A stretch of 64,000 nt of DNA from Erwinia sp. Eh17-17 (GTDB lineage Bacteria > Pseudomonadota > Gammaproteobacteria > Enterobacterales > Enterobacteriaceae), in contig NZ_JBDFQT010000004.1 in assembly GCF_039675725.1 (NCBI RefSeq), positions 146,881 through 210,880 on the forward strand, written 5' to 3'. The translations under genes and the position numbers were made by a program. Shown here one piece after another: positions 1 through 9,675 of the stretch. The notes below the pieces were generated by a model, which saw only the letters and a list, made by a program, of their open reading frames with translations, made no database searches and had not been told where the DNA came from. Within the stretch, counting starts at the first letter, position 1; each line of letters begins with the position of its first letter.

Positions 1-287
1 CTCAATAATGTCATGCGCCGGTAACCCAGATGACTGGCTATTTCACCAAAATCCTGCGCCAGCTGTTTAAAGAAAAATGACCCGTTACCGCTGAGAAAAA
101 CTTCTATTTGCCACGGTTGCTGATAAGCCGCCGGTAATATTCTGTTGAGTCCAATTTCCTGCGCGGCAAGTAATACTTTACGCGTCATTTCCGGAGAAAC
201 GCCACCGCGTTCATTTAACACCCTGTCAACAGTTGCCACACCGACACCTGCTTTTTTGGCCAGCATATCAAGCGTATGCTTTTTCAT
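1..287 (-). CDS. LacI-family transcriptional regulator, N-terminal HTH part (gene runs off the window edge)
   Basis: Reverse-strand translation from the ATG at 287 gives MKKHTLDMLAKKAGVGVATVDRVLNERGGVSPEMTRKVLLAAQEIGL, a typical LacI/PurR HTH. It is divergent from the dehydrogenase operon. A PtxS-like role is an inference. Confidence 0.7.
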   Translation of the reverse strand, partial: MKKHTLDMLAKKAGVGVATVDRVLNERGGVSPEMTRKVLLAAQEIGLNRILPAAYQQPWQIEVFLSGNGSFFFKQLAQDFGEIASHLGYRRMTLL

Positions 288-762
288 TATGACTCCCAAC
301 CCTCTCATTTTCTGATGCTATCAGCCAGAAGTCGCCACCGCTTACCCGGCTGAAAGACAGCAAGAAAAACCACGAGAAACGCGCTGAGTGTACGGAAAAG
401 CCCGGCACACAGGCAAGGCGGCAATTGTTGCCAAAAAAAACAACCGTCGGTTTTTGCTCGTTATCCATACAAAACATGATGACTCTGATGGAAAACCATC
501 AAGGCAACGGTATGCAGGCGAAACGAAAGATTTTATCATACCCGCAATGTTACTAAGTTATTAATTATTTTAAATTCATGTAACGCATAATAATAATAAT
601 ACTTCTGGAAACTCCAAAATAAAAACTGACCATCACGGTGCTCTTTTCGCCCGCGCTCAATAACTCTGTTTATTAATAAGCAGACGCGGCGCAGCGCTGT
701 CTTTTTTTTAAAAGACGATGGCCGGCAACCACGGTTAATTATTTGAGAAGCAGGGAAATGTC

Positions 763-1479
763 ATGAAACGCAGAGAGTTCCTCACGTCAGTCGCCGCTCT
801 TGGCCTGGCCTCCACGCTGCCCGTGGCCGACGCCAGGGAAGTCAGCGGGGGTCAGCCCTGGGAAGCCGGTCAGATCAATACCCCGCCCCCGCCTCCGCGC
901 ACCGGAGGATTGCAGTTCCTTACGCGCCATGAGTTCGACACCGTGGCAGCCATTGCCGACCGTTTTATTCCCGCCGATGAGATGAGCCTGGGCGGGAAAG
1001 ATGCGGGCTGTGCCGTGTTTATCGACCGCCAGCTGGCCGGGGATTATGGCAATGCCGTGGCCCTTTACCGGCTTGGACGCTTTGTAAAAGGCACCCCGGA
1101 GCAGGGGCCGCAGTCACCGCTGACGCCTGCGCAGCGCTATCGTCAGGGGCTGAGCGCGCTGGATGCCGCCACCCAGGCGCAGTTTGCGAAAAAGTTCGTC
1201 GACCTCAGCGGCGACCAGCAGGACCAGGTGCTACATGCGATGGAAGCCAACCAGTTCAATCTGGGCGCGGAAGTGGAAACGAAAGTGTTTTTCGAACTGC
1301 TGCTGCAGAACGTACGCGAAGGTTTCCTGGCTGACCCGATCTACGGCGGCAATAAAGGGATGACCAGTTGGAAAATGATTGGCTTCCCCGGCGCGCGCTA
1401 TGATTTCCGCGACCTGCTGAGCAAAAAAGGCCAGAAGCTGAACATTATCCCGACCAGCCTGATCGATAACTCCCTGTAA
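763..1479 (+). CDS. Gluconate 2-dehydrogenase-type small (gamma) subunit with Tat signal peptide
   Basis: N-terminus MKRREFLTSVAALGLASTLPVADA carries a twin-arginine motif. It is the first gene of a small-subunit, flavoprotein, cytochrome c triad, as in membrane-bound gluconate/sorbitol dehydrogenases. Confidence 0.8.
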   Translation: MKRREFLTSVAALGLASTLPVADAREVSGGQPWEAGQINTPPPPPRTGGLQFLTRHEFDTVAAIADRFIPADEMSLGGKDAGCAVFIDRQLAGDYGNAVALYRLGRFVKGTPEQGPQSPLTPAQRYRQGLSALDAATQAQFAKKFVDLSGDQQDQVLHAMEANQFNLGAEVETKVFFELLLQNVREGFLADPIYGGNKGMTSWKMIGFPGARYDFRDLLSKKGQKLNIIPTSLIDNSL

Positions 1480-1491
1480 CTGAGTCTTAAA

Positions 1492-3264
1492 ATGAAAAAT
1501 ATTCGTCCACACGCTGATGTGGTAATTGTCGGTCTGGGCTGGTGCGGTTCTCTGATTGCCGAAGAGCTGACCCGCGCAGGCCTGAACGTCGTGGCCATTG
1601 AACGTGGCCCGTGGTTTGAAACCGCCACCGATTTCCCGCCGTCGATCGATACTGACGAACTGCGCTGGGATACGCGCCGCAGTATGCTGCTGCCGCCCGC
1701 CGTGGAAACCACCACCTTCCGTAATAATGTTACGCAGAAAGCGCTGCCCTCCCGCGACTGGAACCTGAACGAGCTGGGTTATAACGTCGGTGGTTCCGGT
1801 ACGCACTGGGCCGGTATGGCCTGGCGTTTCACCCCATGGGATCTGGAGCCTTACAGCCAGACGGTGGCGCGCTACGGGAAAGAAAAAATCGCTAAGGGGC
1901 TGATTCTACAGGACTGGGGCGTAACCTATGATGAGCTGGAACCGTTCTACGACCGCTTTGAGAAGATCGCCGGCGTGTCCGGTAAAGCCGGACGGCTGAA
2001 TGGCGAAACCCTCGCTGACGGCAATCCGTTTGAAGGCAACCGCAGCAGCGAGTATCCGCTGCCGCCGCTGGAAAGTATGCGACTGACCGACCTGTTCCGT
2101 GATGCGGCCAAATCCCTCGGCCAGCATCCGTTTATGGTTCCGGCAGGCCAGGCGTCCCGCGCCTATGTCAACCCGCTCGGCGTGCGCATGGGCCCCTGCA
2201 CCTACTGTGGCTACTGCCTCTATTACGGCTGCGGCAACTTCTCCAAATCCAGCCCGAACGCCTGTGTGATCCCGGCGCTGATGCAGCGTGAAAACTTCAC
2301 CGTGCTGACCGACTCCGCCGTGGTGCGCGTCAACAAAGCTGACGATGGCAAAACCGTCACCGGCGTCACCTACATTGATAAGAATAAAAAAGAGTGGGAA
2401 CAACCGGCAGGGATCGTGGTGCTGTCTGCGTTCCAGATGCAGAACGTGCGCCTGCTGCTGCTGTCGAAAATCGGCCAGCCTTACGATCCGCTGAGTAAAA
2501 CCGGCGTGGTCGGCCGCGCCTACAGCTTCCAGACCGTATCCGGTGCCAGCCTGTTCTTTAAAGACGAGAACCTGAACCAGTACATCGGGGCCGGCGCGCT
2601 GTCGCAGCAGGTGGATGACTTTAACGGCGATAACTTTGACCACAGCGATCTCGATTTCATCGGCGGCGCGGGCATCCTGGTGGTGGCACGCGGTGCGCGT
2701 CCTATCGGCAATGCCGATGCGCTGCCGCCGGGAACGCCGCGCTGGGGTAAAGCGTGGAAAAAAGCCTACACCCACGCCTTCCAGAACGGCACCTTTATCT
2801 TCGGCCAGGGCACCAGCTTCTCGCACGAGGATTACTACCTCGATCTTGATCCGGAATATAACGACGATAACGGCAACCCCCTGCTGCGCGTCACCTTCGA
2901 CTACAACGATAACGACCGTCGTTCCGCGAAGTTTATTGAACAGAAAAGCGTGGAGATAGGAAAAGCGATGGGCGCAGAGATCGTCCTGGGCACCAACTCC
3001 GCCGCCGGAAATTACTCGCCTTATAACTTTGCCAGCGACCACACCATCGGCGGTGCGGTGATGGGCACCGACCCGAAAACCAGCGTGCTCAACCGCTATC
3101 AGCAGAGCTGGGATGCGCACAACCTGTTCGTGCTTGGTGCTTCATCGTTCCCGAACAATGCCGGGTATAACCCGACCGGCACGATTGGCGCGCTCAGCCT
3201 GTGGACGGCGAAAGCCATCATTGAGCAGTACCTGAAAAACCCCGGCCCGCTGGTAAAGGTGTGA
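1492..3264 (+). CDS. GMC-family FAD flavoprotein dehydrogenase large subunit (gluconate 2-dehydrogenase alpha-like)
   Basis: FAD Rossmann motif VVIVGLGWCGSLIAEEL at the N-terminus. 590 aa. The start is 13 bp after the upstream stop, so translationally coupled. Confidence 0.85.
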   Translation: MKNIRPHADVVIVGLGWCGSLIAEELTRAGLNVVAIERGPWFETATDFPPSIDTDELRWDTRRSMLLPPAVETTTFRNNVTQKALPSRDWNLNELGYNVGGSGTHWAGMAWRFTPWDLEPYSQTVARYGKEKIAKGLILQDWGVTYDELEPFYDRFEKIAGVSGKAGRLNGETLADGNPFEGNRSSEYPLPPLESMRLTDLFRDAAKSLGQHPFMVPAGQASRAYVNPLGVRMGPCTYCGYCLYYGCGNFSKSSPNACVIPALMQRENFTVLTDSAVVRVNKADDGKTVTGVTYIDKNKKEWEQPAGIVVLSAFQMQNVRLLLLSKIGQPYDPLSKTGVVGRAYSFQTVSGASLFFKDENLNQYIGAGALSQQVDDFNGDNFDHSDLDFIGGAGILVVARGARPIGNADALPPGTPRWGKAWKKAYTHAFQNGTFIFGQGTSFSHEDYYLDLDPEYNDDNGNPLLRVTFDYNDNDRRSAKFIEQKSVEIGKAMGAEIVLGTNSAAGNYSPYNFASDHTIGGAVMGTDPKTSVLNRYQQSWDAHNLFVLGASSFPNNAGYNPTGTIGALSLWTAKAIIEQYLKNPGPLVKV

Positions 3265-3265
3265 G

Positions 3266-4576
3266 ATGAAAAAATTCAAATTAGCCCTCACCGCCGTGGC
3301 GGTGGCAGCCGTGGTGGCGGGCGTACTGCTGTACCAGAACGGTAATACCCGTGCCGATAATGTGGCAGACGATCAGATTCTGATGAAACAGCCGCTCACG
3401 GCGGCCGATGCCGCCGCCGTGGAGCGCGGCCACTATGTGGCGCTGGCCGGTGACTGTGTCGCCTGCCACACCGCCCCGGAAAGTAAACAGGCTTATTCCG
3501 GTGGCTATGCAATCAGCACGCCGTTCGGCGGAATTTTTGCCAGCAACATTACCCCGGATGCAGATACCGGCATTGGTAACTGGACCGAGCGTGATTTCTA
3601 TCGCGCCGTTCGTCACGGCAAGGGCAAAGAGGGGCAGAATCTCTACCCGGCGATGCCATATAACGCCTACGTCAAGGTCAGCGATGAGGATATGCACGAC
3701 CTGTGGATGTACATGCGCTCGGTGAAGCCGGTACATCATCAGGTTACGGAAACCAACCTGCCATTCCCGTATAACATCCGTCTGGCGATGATGGGCTGGA
3801 ACCTGCTGTTCTTCGAGAACGCGCCATTTGCAGCGGACAGCAGTCAGTCAGCGCAGTGGAACCGCGGTGCCTATCTGGTTCAGGGGCTGGAACACTGTGC
3901 CGCCTGCCATACGCCCAAAAATATCATCGGTGGCGATACCGGTGACTATTTGCAGGGCAGTAATCTGGGCGAGTGGTACGCTCCGGAGATCACCAGTAAC
4001 CGCTACACCGGTATTGGCGACTGGAGTGAGGATCAGGTCGTACAATATCTGAAACTGGGCAGTAACCACGTAGCGGTCGCCTCCGGGCCGATGGCCGAAG
4101 CGGTGACCAACTCGACCCAGCATCTCAGCGATGACGATCTGAAAGCGATTGCGGTATATATCAAATCGCAGCCGGGGTCTGACCGTCAGAAACCAGCCGC
4201 GCTGGCCGCTGACAGTGAGCAGATGCGCACGGGGGCGAACGTCTACTCCGCTAACTGCACCGCCTGCCACAACAGCGACGGTAAGGGCATTCCACAGCTG
4301 GCGGCGAGCCTGGCCAACAATCCGGCCATCATGGCCCCGGACGCGTCCTCGCTGATCACCACCGTGTTGCAGGGTGGGCGCGGGGCCGTGACACACGGTA
4401 ACCCGACCAGCGGGGCGATGCCGCCGTTTGCCTGGAAGCTTTCTGACCAGCAGGTGGCCGCCACCATGACCTACATCCGCAACAGCTGGGGCAATGCCGC
4501 ACCGGCCGTGACAGAGCAGGAAGTGGCTGAGAAACGTCAGTTGTTGAAACAACCCGCGCAGATGCCGGCACAGTAA
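3266..4576 (+). CDS. Tri-haem cytochrome c subunit of the membrane dehydrogenase
   Basis: Three CxxCH haem-binding motifs (CVACH, CAACH, CTACH). The start codon overlaps the previous gene's end. Confidence 0.85.
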   Translation: MKKFKLALTAVAVAAVVAGVLLYQNGNTRADNVADDQILMKQPLTAADAAAVERGHYVALAGDCVACHTAPESKQAYSGGYAISTPFGGIFASNITPDADTGIGNWTERDFYRAVRHGKGKEGQNLYPAMPYNAYVKVSDEDMHDLWMYMRSVKPVHHQVTETNLPFPYNIRLAMMGWNLLFFENAPFAADSSQSAQWNRGAYLVQGLEHCAACHTPKNIIGGDTGDYLQGSNLGEWYAPEITSNRYTGIGDWSEDQVVQYLKLGSNHVAVASGPMAEAVTNSTQHLSDDDLKAIAVYIKSQPGSDRQKPAALAADSEQMRTGANVYSANCTACHNSDGKGIPQLAASLANNPAIMAPDASSLITTVLQGGRGAVTHGNPTSGAMPPFAWKLSDQQVAATMTYIRNSWGNAAPAVTEQEVAEKRQLLKQPAQMPAQ

Positions 4577-4590
4577 TCCGCACGGCCTAC

Positions 4591-4621
4591 AACGGACGGG
4601 GTATGCTCTGCCCCGTCCGTT
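4591..4621 (+). terminator. Putative stem-loop terminator of the dehydrogenase operon
   Basis: Inverted repeat aacggacgggg / ccccgtccgtt directly after the stop. The T-run is weak. Confidence 0.35.
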
Positions 4622-4887
4622 CCCTCACCGGGGTCCGACCTGTCCGGCCCGTCTCTTTTATCTTTTTGTTTTCCCTGCCCGATAATATTTATTTACACCT
4701 TAACTCTTAATAATTATAGTTCTCATTTGCTTTACCATTACAGGCGAAAATCGCCTGATTGTCGTATCAGTGGACCTCACCGCAACGTCATGGATAAGTC
4801 AGAGTACATATACCGCCTAAGGATAACCGGTAGATATTTTTGTGCCCGGTGCCGGTATTGACTCAACATCAGCAACTTATTCCAGGA

Positions 4888-7059
4888 ATGACCGTGCCAA
4901 TCTCTCGCCCTGAAGTCAGTCATAAAAATGATTCTTTATCCTGCTCCGCCGCCGGTATTTTCACGCCATCGATTGCCGCACTGCTGGTGATGGCTGCGTT
5001 ACAGCCCGCTTTCGCCGCCGATGGCAAAACCACCGACACGCTGACCGTGGAAGCGAATGCGGATACCGCAGCAGCGCAGGCCACCACTGACTACAGCGTT
5101 CCGGTCACCCGTGCAGGCACCAAAATGCCGCTGACGCTGCGCGATATCCCGCAGTCTGCCACGATTGTGACTAAGCAGCGTATTCAGGATCAAAAACTAC
5201 AAAGCATCGGCGAGGTGTTAAGCAACACCACGGGTGTCTCCGCATCTAATATCGATTCAGACCGCTCCAACTACTATTCACGCGGTTTTATGATTAACAA
5301 CTACCTGTTTGACGGCATCCCGACCGTTGTCGACAACCAGTGGGATTTAGGCGATACCGCCGGAGATACGGAGATTTATGACCGTATTGAAGTGATCCGC
5401 GGTGCCAACAGTCTGAGTACCGGTTCCGGTAATCCGTCAGCGTCTGTGAATATGGTGCGCAAACACGCTGACAGCAAAGTGCTGACCGGCAATTTCTCGG
5501 CGGAGACCGGCAGCTGGGACAAACAGCGCTATACGGGTGATATCAGCACCCCGCTTAATGAATCAGGCACTGTCCGTGGCCGGGCTATCGGCGGCTATCA
5601 GGATAACGACAAGTGGATCGATCGCTACAGTGCGCGTAAAAAATTCCTCACTCTGGTGCTGGATGCGGACCTGACGGACTCCACCACGCTGTCGTTCGGC
5701 TGGGACTATCAGCAGAGCCATACCAACGACCCGACCTGGGGCGGATTACCCACCTTCTACTCCGACGGCAGCCGTACCCGTTACGATCGTGAAAACAACA
5801 CCGCAGCAGACTGGACTTACAGCGATAAAGAGTCGAATAAAGTCTTCGCCACCCTGACGCAGAAATTTGATAACGGCTGGCAGGCGCAGGTGAACGGTTC
5901 ACATGCGAAAACCACCTTCGACACCCGGCTGATGAGCTCATACCTCTACCCGGATAAAGCCACCGGGGCGGGCATTGCGCCTTTCGACGGCTGGAATAAA
6001 GGTTCACGTAAAGTGGACGCCGTTGACATCTACGCCAACGGCCCCTTTGAGCTGCTGGGCCGCACTCATGAACTGATGGCAGGCGGTAGCTATAGCAAAC
6101 AGGAGAGCCTGTTCTTTAACTCGTTCTCTGATATTTCTTCTGCCGACGTCAACGGCTTCAACAACTGGGACGGCAACATCGACCAGGGAGACTGGAGCGC
6201 GTGGAAGGTGGAGAAAGACGATACCATTCGTCAGAAGTCAGCCTATACCGCCGCCCGTTTCTCACTGGCTGATCCGCTGTCGCTGTTGGTGGGGGCGCGC
6301 TATACCGACTGGAGAGGCAACGGCACCAGCGGTAACAAAACCAGCAGCAAAATTGCACCCTATGCCGGTCTGACTTATGACATCAACGACACGTATTCGG
6401 TTTACACCAGCTATACCTCGATTTTCCAGCCGCAGACATTCCGCAGTGCGGATGCAAAATACATCGGCGCGGTAACGGGGAAAAGCTATGAAACGGGCCT
6501 GAAGGGGGACTGGAATAACAGCCGTCTGACCGCCACCCTGTCGCTGTTTCGCACCGAACAGAACAACCTGGGCAACAATACTTACGGCACCATCGGCACC
6601 TCAACGGAATACGCGTATGAATCGATTGATGCCGTCAGCCGTGGCGTAGAGTTTGAAGTAAACGGAGCGCTGACCGATAATTGGCAGATGACCTTCGGCG
6701 CCTCACGCTATATTGCTGAACAGCGTAACGGCACCGCCGTGATGCCGGAAATTCCGCGTACCACCGCCAAGCTGTTTACCCGCTATCGTCTGCCGATGCT
6801 GCCGGACCTGACCGTCGGCGGTGGCGTGAACTGGCAGAACAAAACCTGGGCGAACGTTGATGGTGCTCCGGCGGATTACATCGACCAGTCACCGGTAACC
6901 CTGGTGAATCTGTTCAGCCGCTATCAGGTAACGAAGCAGCTTTCGGTTCAGGCAAATATTAACAACCTGTTCGATAAAGAGTATTACGACTACCTCGGCA
7001 CCTATGTGGTTTACGGTGCGCCGCGTAACGTCTCGGTTTCGGCCAACTACTCGTTTTAA
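4888..7059 (+). CDS. TonB-dependent outer-membrane siderophore receptor (FhuE/FoxA-like)
   Basis: Long signal peptide ending ALQPAFA-ADG, plug-domain-like motifs and a C-terminal ...SANYSF aromatic terminus. The ATG at 4888 was chosen as start; an earlier TTG at 4840 is possible. Confidence 0.8.
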   Translation: MTVPISRPEVSHKNDSLSCSAAGIFTPSIAALLVMAALQPAFAADGKTTDTLTVEANADTAAAQATTDYSVPVTRAGTKMPLTLRDIPQSATIVTKQRIQDQKLQSIGEVLSNTTGVSASNIDSDRSNYYSRGFMINNYLFDGIPTVVDNQWDLGDTAGDTEIYDRIEVIRGANSLSTGSGNPSASVNMVRKHADSKVLTGNFSAETGSWDKQRYTGDISTPLNESGTVRGRAIGGYQDNDKWIDRYSARKKFLTLVLDADLTDSTTLSFGWDYQQSHTNDPTWGGLPTFYSDGSRTRYDRENNTAADWTYSDKESNKVFATLTQKFDNGWQAQVNGSHAKTTFDTRLMSSYLYPDKATGAGIAPFDGWNKGSRKVDAVDIYANGPFELLGRTHELMAGGSYSKQESLFFNSFSDISSADVNGFNNWDGNIDQGDWSAWKVEKDDTIRQKSAYTAARFSLADPLSLLVGARYTDWRGNGTSGNKTSSKIAPYAGLTYDINDTYSVYTSYTSIFQPQTFRSADAKYIGAVTGKSYETGLKGDWNNSRLTATLSLFRTEQNNLGNNTYGTIGTSTEYAYESIDAVSRGVEFEVNGALTDNWQMTFGASRYIAEQRNGTAVMPEIPRTTAKLFTRYRLPMLPDLTVGGGVNWQNKTWANVDGAPADYIDQSPVTLVNLFSRYQVTKQLSVQANINNLFDKEYYDYLGTYVVYGAPRNVSVSANYSF

Positions 7060-7077
7060 TAAGATGATTGAACCGAT

Positions 7078-7100
7078 GCCAGCAGCGTCAGGCTGCTGGC
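7078..7100. terminator. Hairpin between convergent genes (receptor / adhesin)
   Basis: gccagcagc gtcag gctgctggc, a 9-bp perfect stem. Confidence 0.4.
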
Positions 7101-7110
7101 ACAGTCCTGA

Positions 7111-7929
7111 TTAAAAATATTTGATAACCATAACGGTAGAACCGCTGAAAGGGCCCGCTTTTGTCGCCATGTCGGTGTTAATCGTACTGCGGATATGCAC
7201 CAGGTTATCGCCGCCAAGGCTGTTAATCCAGCCATCAGTGCTTTCAACCACATCCATTTTGGACATCATCCCGTTAGATAAATCGATATTATCATCGATA
7301 AACTCCAGCCTCATTTTCATGGCGCTGGAACACCTGAAGTGAAAAGCCACGCTCTTTTGATGAAGGCCAGATGACATATTCAGGGTTGCAAAATCAATCT
7401 TCAGATCAGACTGGTCGGTATCGCACCACTGTTCCCCAGGCGGTAGCTCATAGCAGGTACTTAAGGGCATCTGTACAGAAGCCCACGCCTGAAGTTGCTG
7501 CCCTGCCCCCACGCCGATGCAGGCGTTCAGGTTATCATAAGTAATATAAGAAGACGGTAGCATCCCCTTCTCATAAACCTCCCGGGCATAATCGCCAATC
7601 GTCCCGCCTGGACTGCCTACAATGATGGTCTTAAAGGGCACAACCGTCTTTGGTTCATTATAAATATGGCCGATGTCACGACTCACACGTATCACGGTAC
7701 CCACGCGCGTAGGGGGTATAATCGGAACTTCGCTATCTGGCCCCACTTCGCGCAGCCCCCACCTGACCCCGTGTATCGTGGAGACCCATGGGAAGCCTGG
7801 AGAAATTGTTATTGAATCAAACCCGATCATTACGGGATAAAGCCCGGCCCGACAGGTTGATGCTGTGAGTAATAACAGCCAGCAAAAAACGGCTGATTTT
7901 AGTTTCATCATATTTTTACCTGAACCCAA
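7111..7929 (-). CDS. Fimbrial tip adhesin, copy B (two-domain, FimH/PapG-like architecture)
   Basis: Signal peptide MMKLKSAVFCWLLLLTASTCRA; C-terminal pilin domain ending VIKYF. The C-terminal ~150 aa are about 90% identical to gene 8307..9110, while the N-terminal (lectin) domains differ. Confidence 0.75.
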   Translation of the reverse strand: MGSGKNMMKLKSAVFCWLLLLTASTCRAGLYPVMIGFDSITISPGFPWVSTIHGVRWGLREVGPDSEVPIIPPTRVGTVIRVSRDIGHIYNEPKTVVPFKTIIVGSPGGTIGDYAREVYEKGMLPSSYITYDNLNACIGVGAGQQLQAWASVQMPLSTCYELPPGEQWCDTDQSDLKIDFATLNMSSGLHQKSVAFHFRCSSAMKMRLEFIDDNIDLSNGMMSKMDVVESTDGWINSLGGDNLVHIRSTINTDMATKAGPFSGSTVMVIKYF

Positions 7930-7944
7930 AGATCATTACTCATA

Positions 7945-8290
7945 CTCAATGGTAAAATTGGCAACGGCGGAAAATGACCCTTCGTTGATATTTTGTTGAG
8001 AAACCGCGCCGAATCCAGCGTCGATATACATTTTCAGAGTCAACATATAATGACCATTGAGGGATTGACTTTCAGTGCCCGATAACGTCGTTTTAATTAT
8101 ATTTTCATCAAGCTGATAAAAATAAAAAACAGATGAATGAGTAAAGATAGCATTTAAAAATAGTTTTAAATAGCTTTAAAAAAGACAAAAAAAATCATGT
8201 TACTGGAATAAATTACACATACCCGTACTCAATTACCATGTAAAAACATATTTTCTCCAGCAACATCAGGCACACAGAAAATTAATGCAA
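7945..8290 (-). pseudogene. Decayed remnant of a minor pilin gene (paralog of 9140..9658)
   Basis: 7945..~8075 aligns to 9135..~9270 (the 3' end of the pilin gene) and 8225..8290 aligns to 9575..9650 (the 5' signal-peptide region). The middle is deleted or AT-rich and no intact ORF remains. Confidence 0.6.
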
Positions 8291-8306
8291 CGACCGATTA
8301 TCGTCA

Positions 8307-9110
8307 TTAAAAATATTTGATAACCAGAATGGTAGAACCGCTGAAAGGGCCCGCTTTTGTCGCCGTGTCGGTGTTAATTGTGCTGCGGATATGCACCAGA
8401 TTATCGCCAGCACTGCCGTTAATCCAGCCATCACCGCTTTCTACCACATCCATTTTAGACGTCATACCGTTAGATAAATCGAAATTATTATCGATAAATT
8501 CCAGCCTCATTTTCATGGCGCCGGTACACCTGAAATGAAAAGCCTCGCTCTTTTGGTGAAGGCCAGATGACATATTCAGGGTTGCAAAATCAATCTTCAG
8601 ATCAGACTGGTCGGTATCGCACCACTGTTCCCCAGGTGGTAGCTCATAGCAGGTACCTGTGGGCATCTGTACCGTTGCCCACAGGCTGTGATGCATCCCG
8701 GCCCCCACGCCTAAACAGGGCATCATGTTATTAAAAGTAAGATTTTTCGGTAGCATGCCCTTCGCATACATTTCCCGGGCATAGTCGCCAACCGACCTCC
8801 CAGGTTTGTCTACAGCGATCTTAGAATAGGCCATAGTAATAATTTGATCCGAAGTAGGGTCGCCGCCTTTACGAAAACTACGAGTCACTACACCTACATA
8901 CGTTGGGGCTATAATCGGAGTTTCGCTATTTGGCCCCACTTCGCGCAACCCCCACGTGACGCCCATTAGCGAGGAAACATATGGAAAAACGCCAGTACTG
9001 GGTGTTAGTATTGAGTTAAATCCAACCACTACGGGATAAAGCCCGGCCCGACAGGTTGATGCTGTGAGTAATAACATCCCGTAAAAAATGATCCGCTTTA
9101 GTTTCATCAT
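8307..9110 (-). CDS. Fimbrial tip adhesin, copy A
   Basis: Paralog of 7111..7929 sharing the C-terminal pilin domain (CYELPPGEQWCDTDQSDLKIDFATLNMSSGLHQKS... VIKYF) with a different receptor-binding domain. Confidence 0.75.
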   Translation of the reverse strand: MMKLKRIIFYGMLLLTASTCRAGLYPVVVGFNSILTPSTGVFPYVSSLMGVTWGLREVGPNSETPIIAPTYVGVVTRSFRKGGDPTSDQIITMAYSKIAVDKPGRSVGDYAREMYAKGMLPKNLTFNNMMPCLGVGAGMHHSLWATVQMPTGTCYELPPGEQWCDTDQSDLKIDFATLNMSSGLHQKSEAFHFRCTGAMKMRLEFIDNNFDLSNGMTSKMDVVESGDGWINGSAGDNLVHIRSTINTDTATKAGPFSGSTILVIKYF

Positions 9111-9139
9111 ATTCTCATACCTGTTAAACCCAGAAATAA

Positions 9140-9658
9140 TTATTCATATTCAATAGTAAAATTGGCGACGGCGGAAAACGAACCTTCTTTGATATTTCGT
9201 TGAGAAATCGCGCCGGGTTCAGCTTCGACATAGGCTTTGAGAGTGACAACATTATTACCATTGCTGATATTTTTAAGCACTGTGGTCTGTCTCAGGGGTA
9301 AGGCAGCCCCCTGCGCATCCTGCAAACCGATAGCAATACCGGAAGCCTTACTGCCAGCATCCAGAGCCAGTAATCCCGGAAGGGATTTGCTTTCAGTGCC
9401 CGTGAACTTTATTTTAATGATATTCCCTACAGAGGTGTCACAATCAATAAAGCGGATACTAAAAGGCTTAGAGGGTGTTCGGGTGTATGAGTAAAGATCG
9501 CGATTAGCAATAGTTTTAAAATCCACAGAAACGTATTCATCTTCTGGTAATAAAGTACATGCATTCTGTACTAACGTGCCATGTAAAAACATATTCTCTT
9601 CAGCAACCGCAGGCACACAGGAAACTAACACAACGACCAGCGCGAATAATTTAATCAT
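9140..9658 (-). CDS. Fimbrial minor subunit / adaptor pilin
   Basis: Signal peptide MIKLFALVVVLVSCVPAVA and the pilin C-terminal motif ...FTIEYE. Confidence 0.7.
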   Translation of the reverse strand: MIKLFALVVVLVSCVPAVAEENMFLHGTLVQNACTLLPEDEYVSVDFKTIANRDLYSYTRTPSKPFSIRFIDCDTSVGNIIKIKFTGTESKSLPGLLALDAGSKASGIAIGLQDAQGAALPLRQTTVLKNISNGNNVVTLKAYVEAEPGAISQRNIKEGSFSAVANFTIEYE

Positions 9659-9675
9659 TTAAAACCTCCTCTCCA

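Noticed and set aside
1231-1806. 191-aa minus-strand ORF
   Set aside because: Antisense overlap of the two well-supported dehydrogenase subunit genes.
1906-3120. 404-aa ORF on the minus strand
   Set aside because: It lies entirely antisense to the GMC flavoprotein gene. GC-rich coding DNA commonly yields long antisense ORFs, and the product is low-complexity and Arg/Ala/Gly-rich.
3848-4552. 234-aa minus-strand ORF
   Set aside because: Antisense to the cytochrome c subunit gene.
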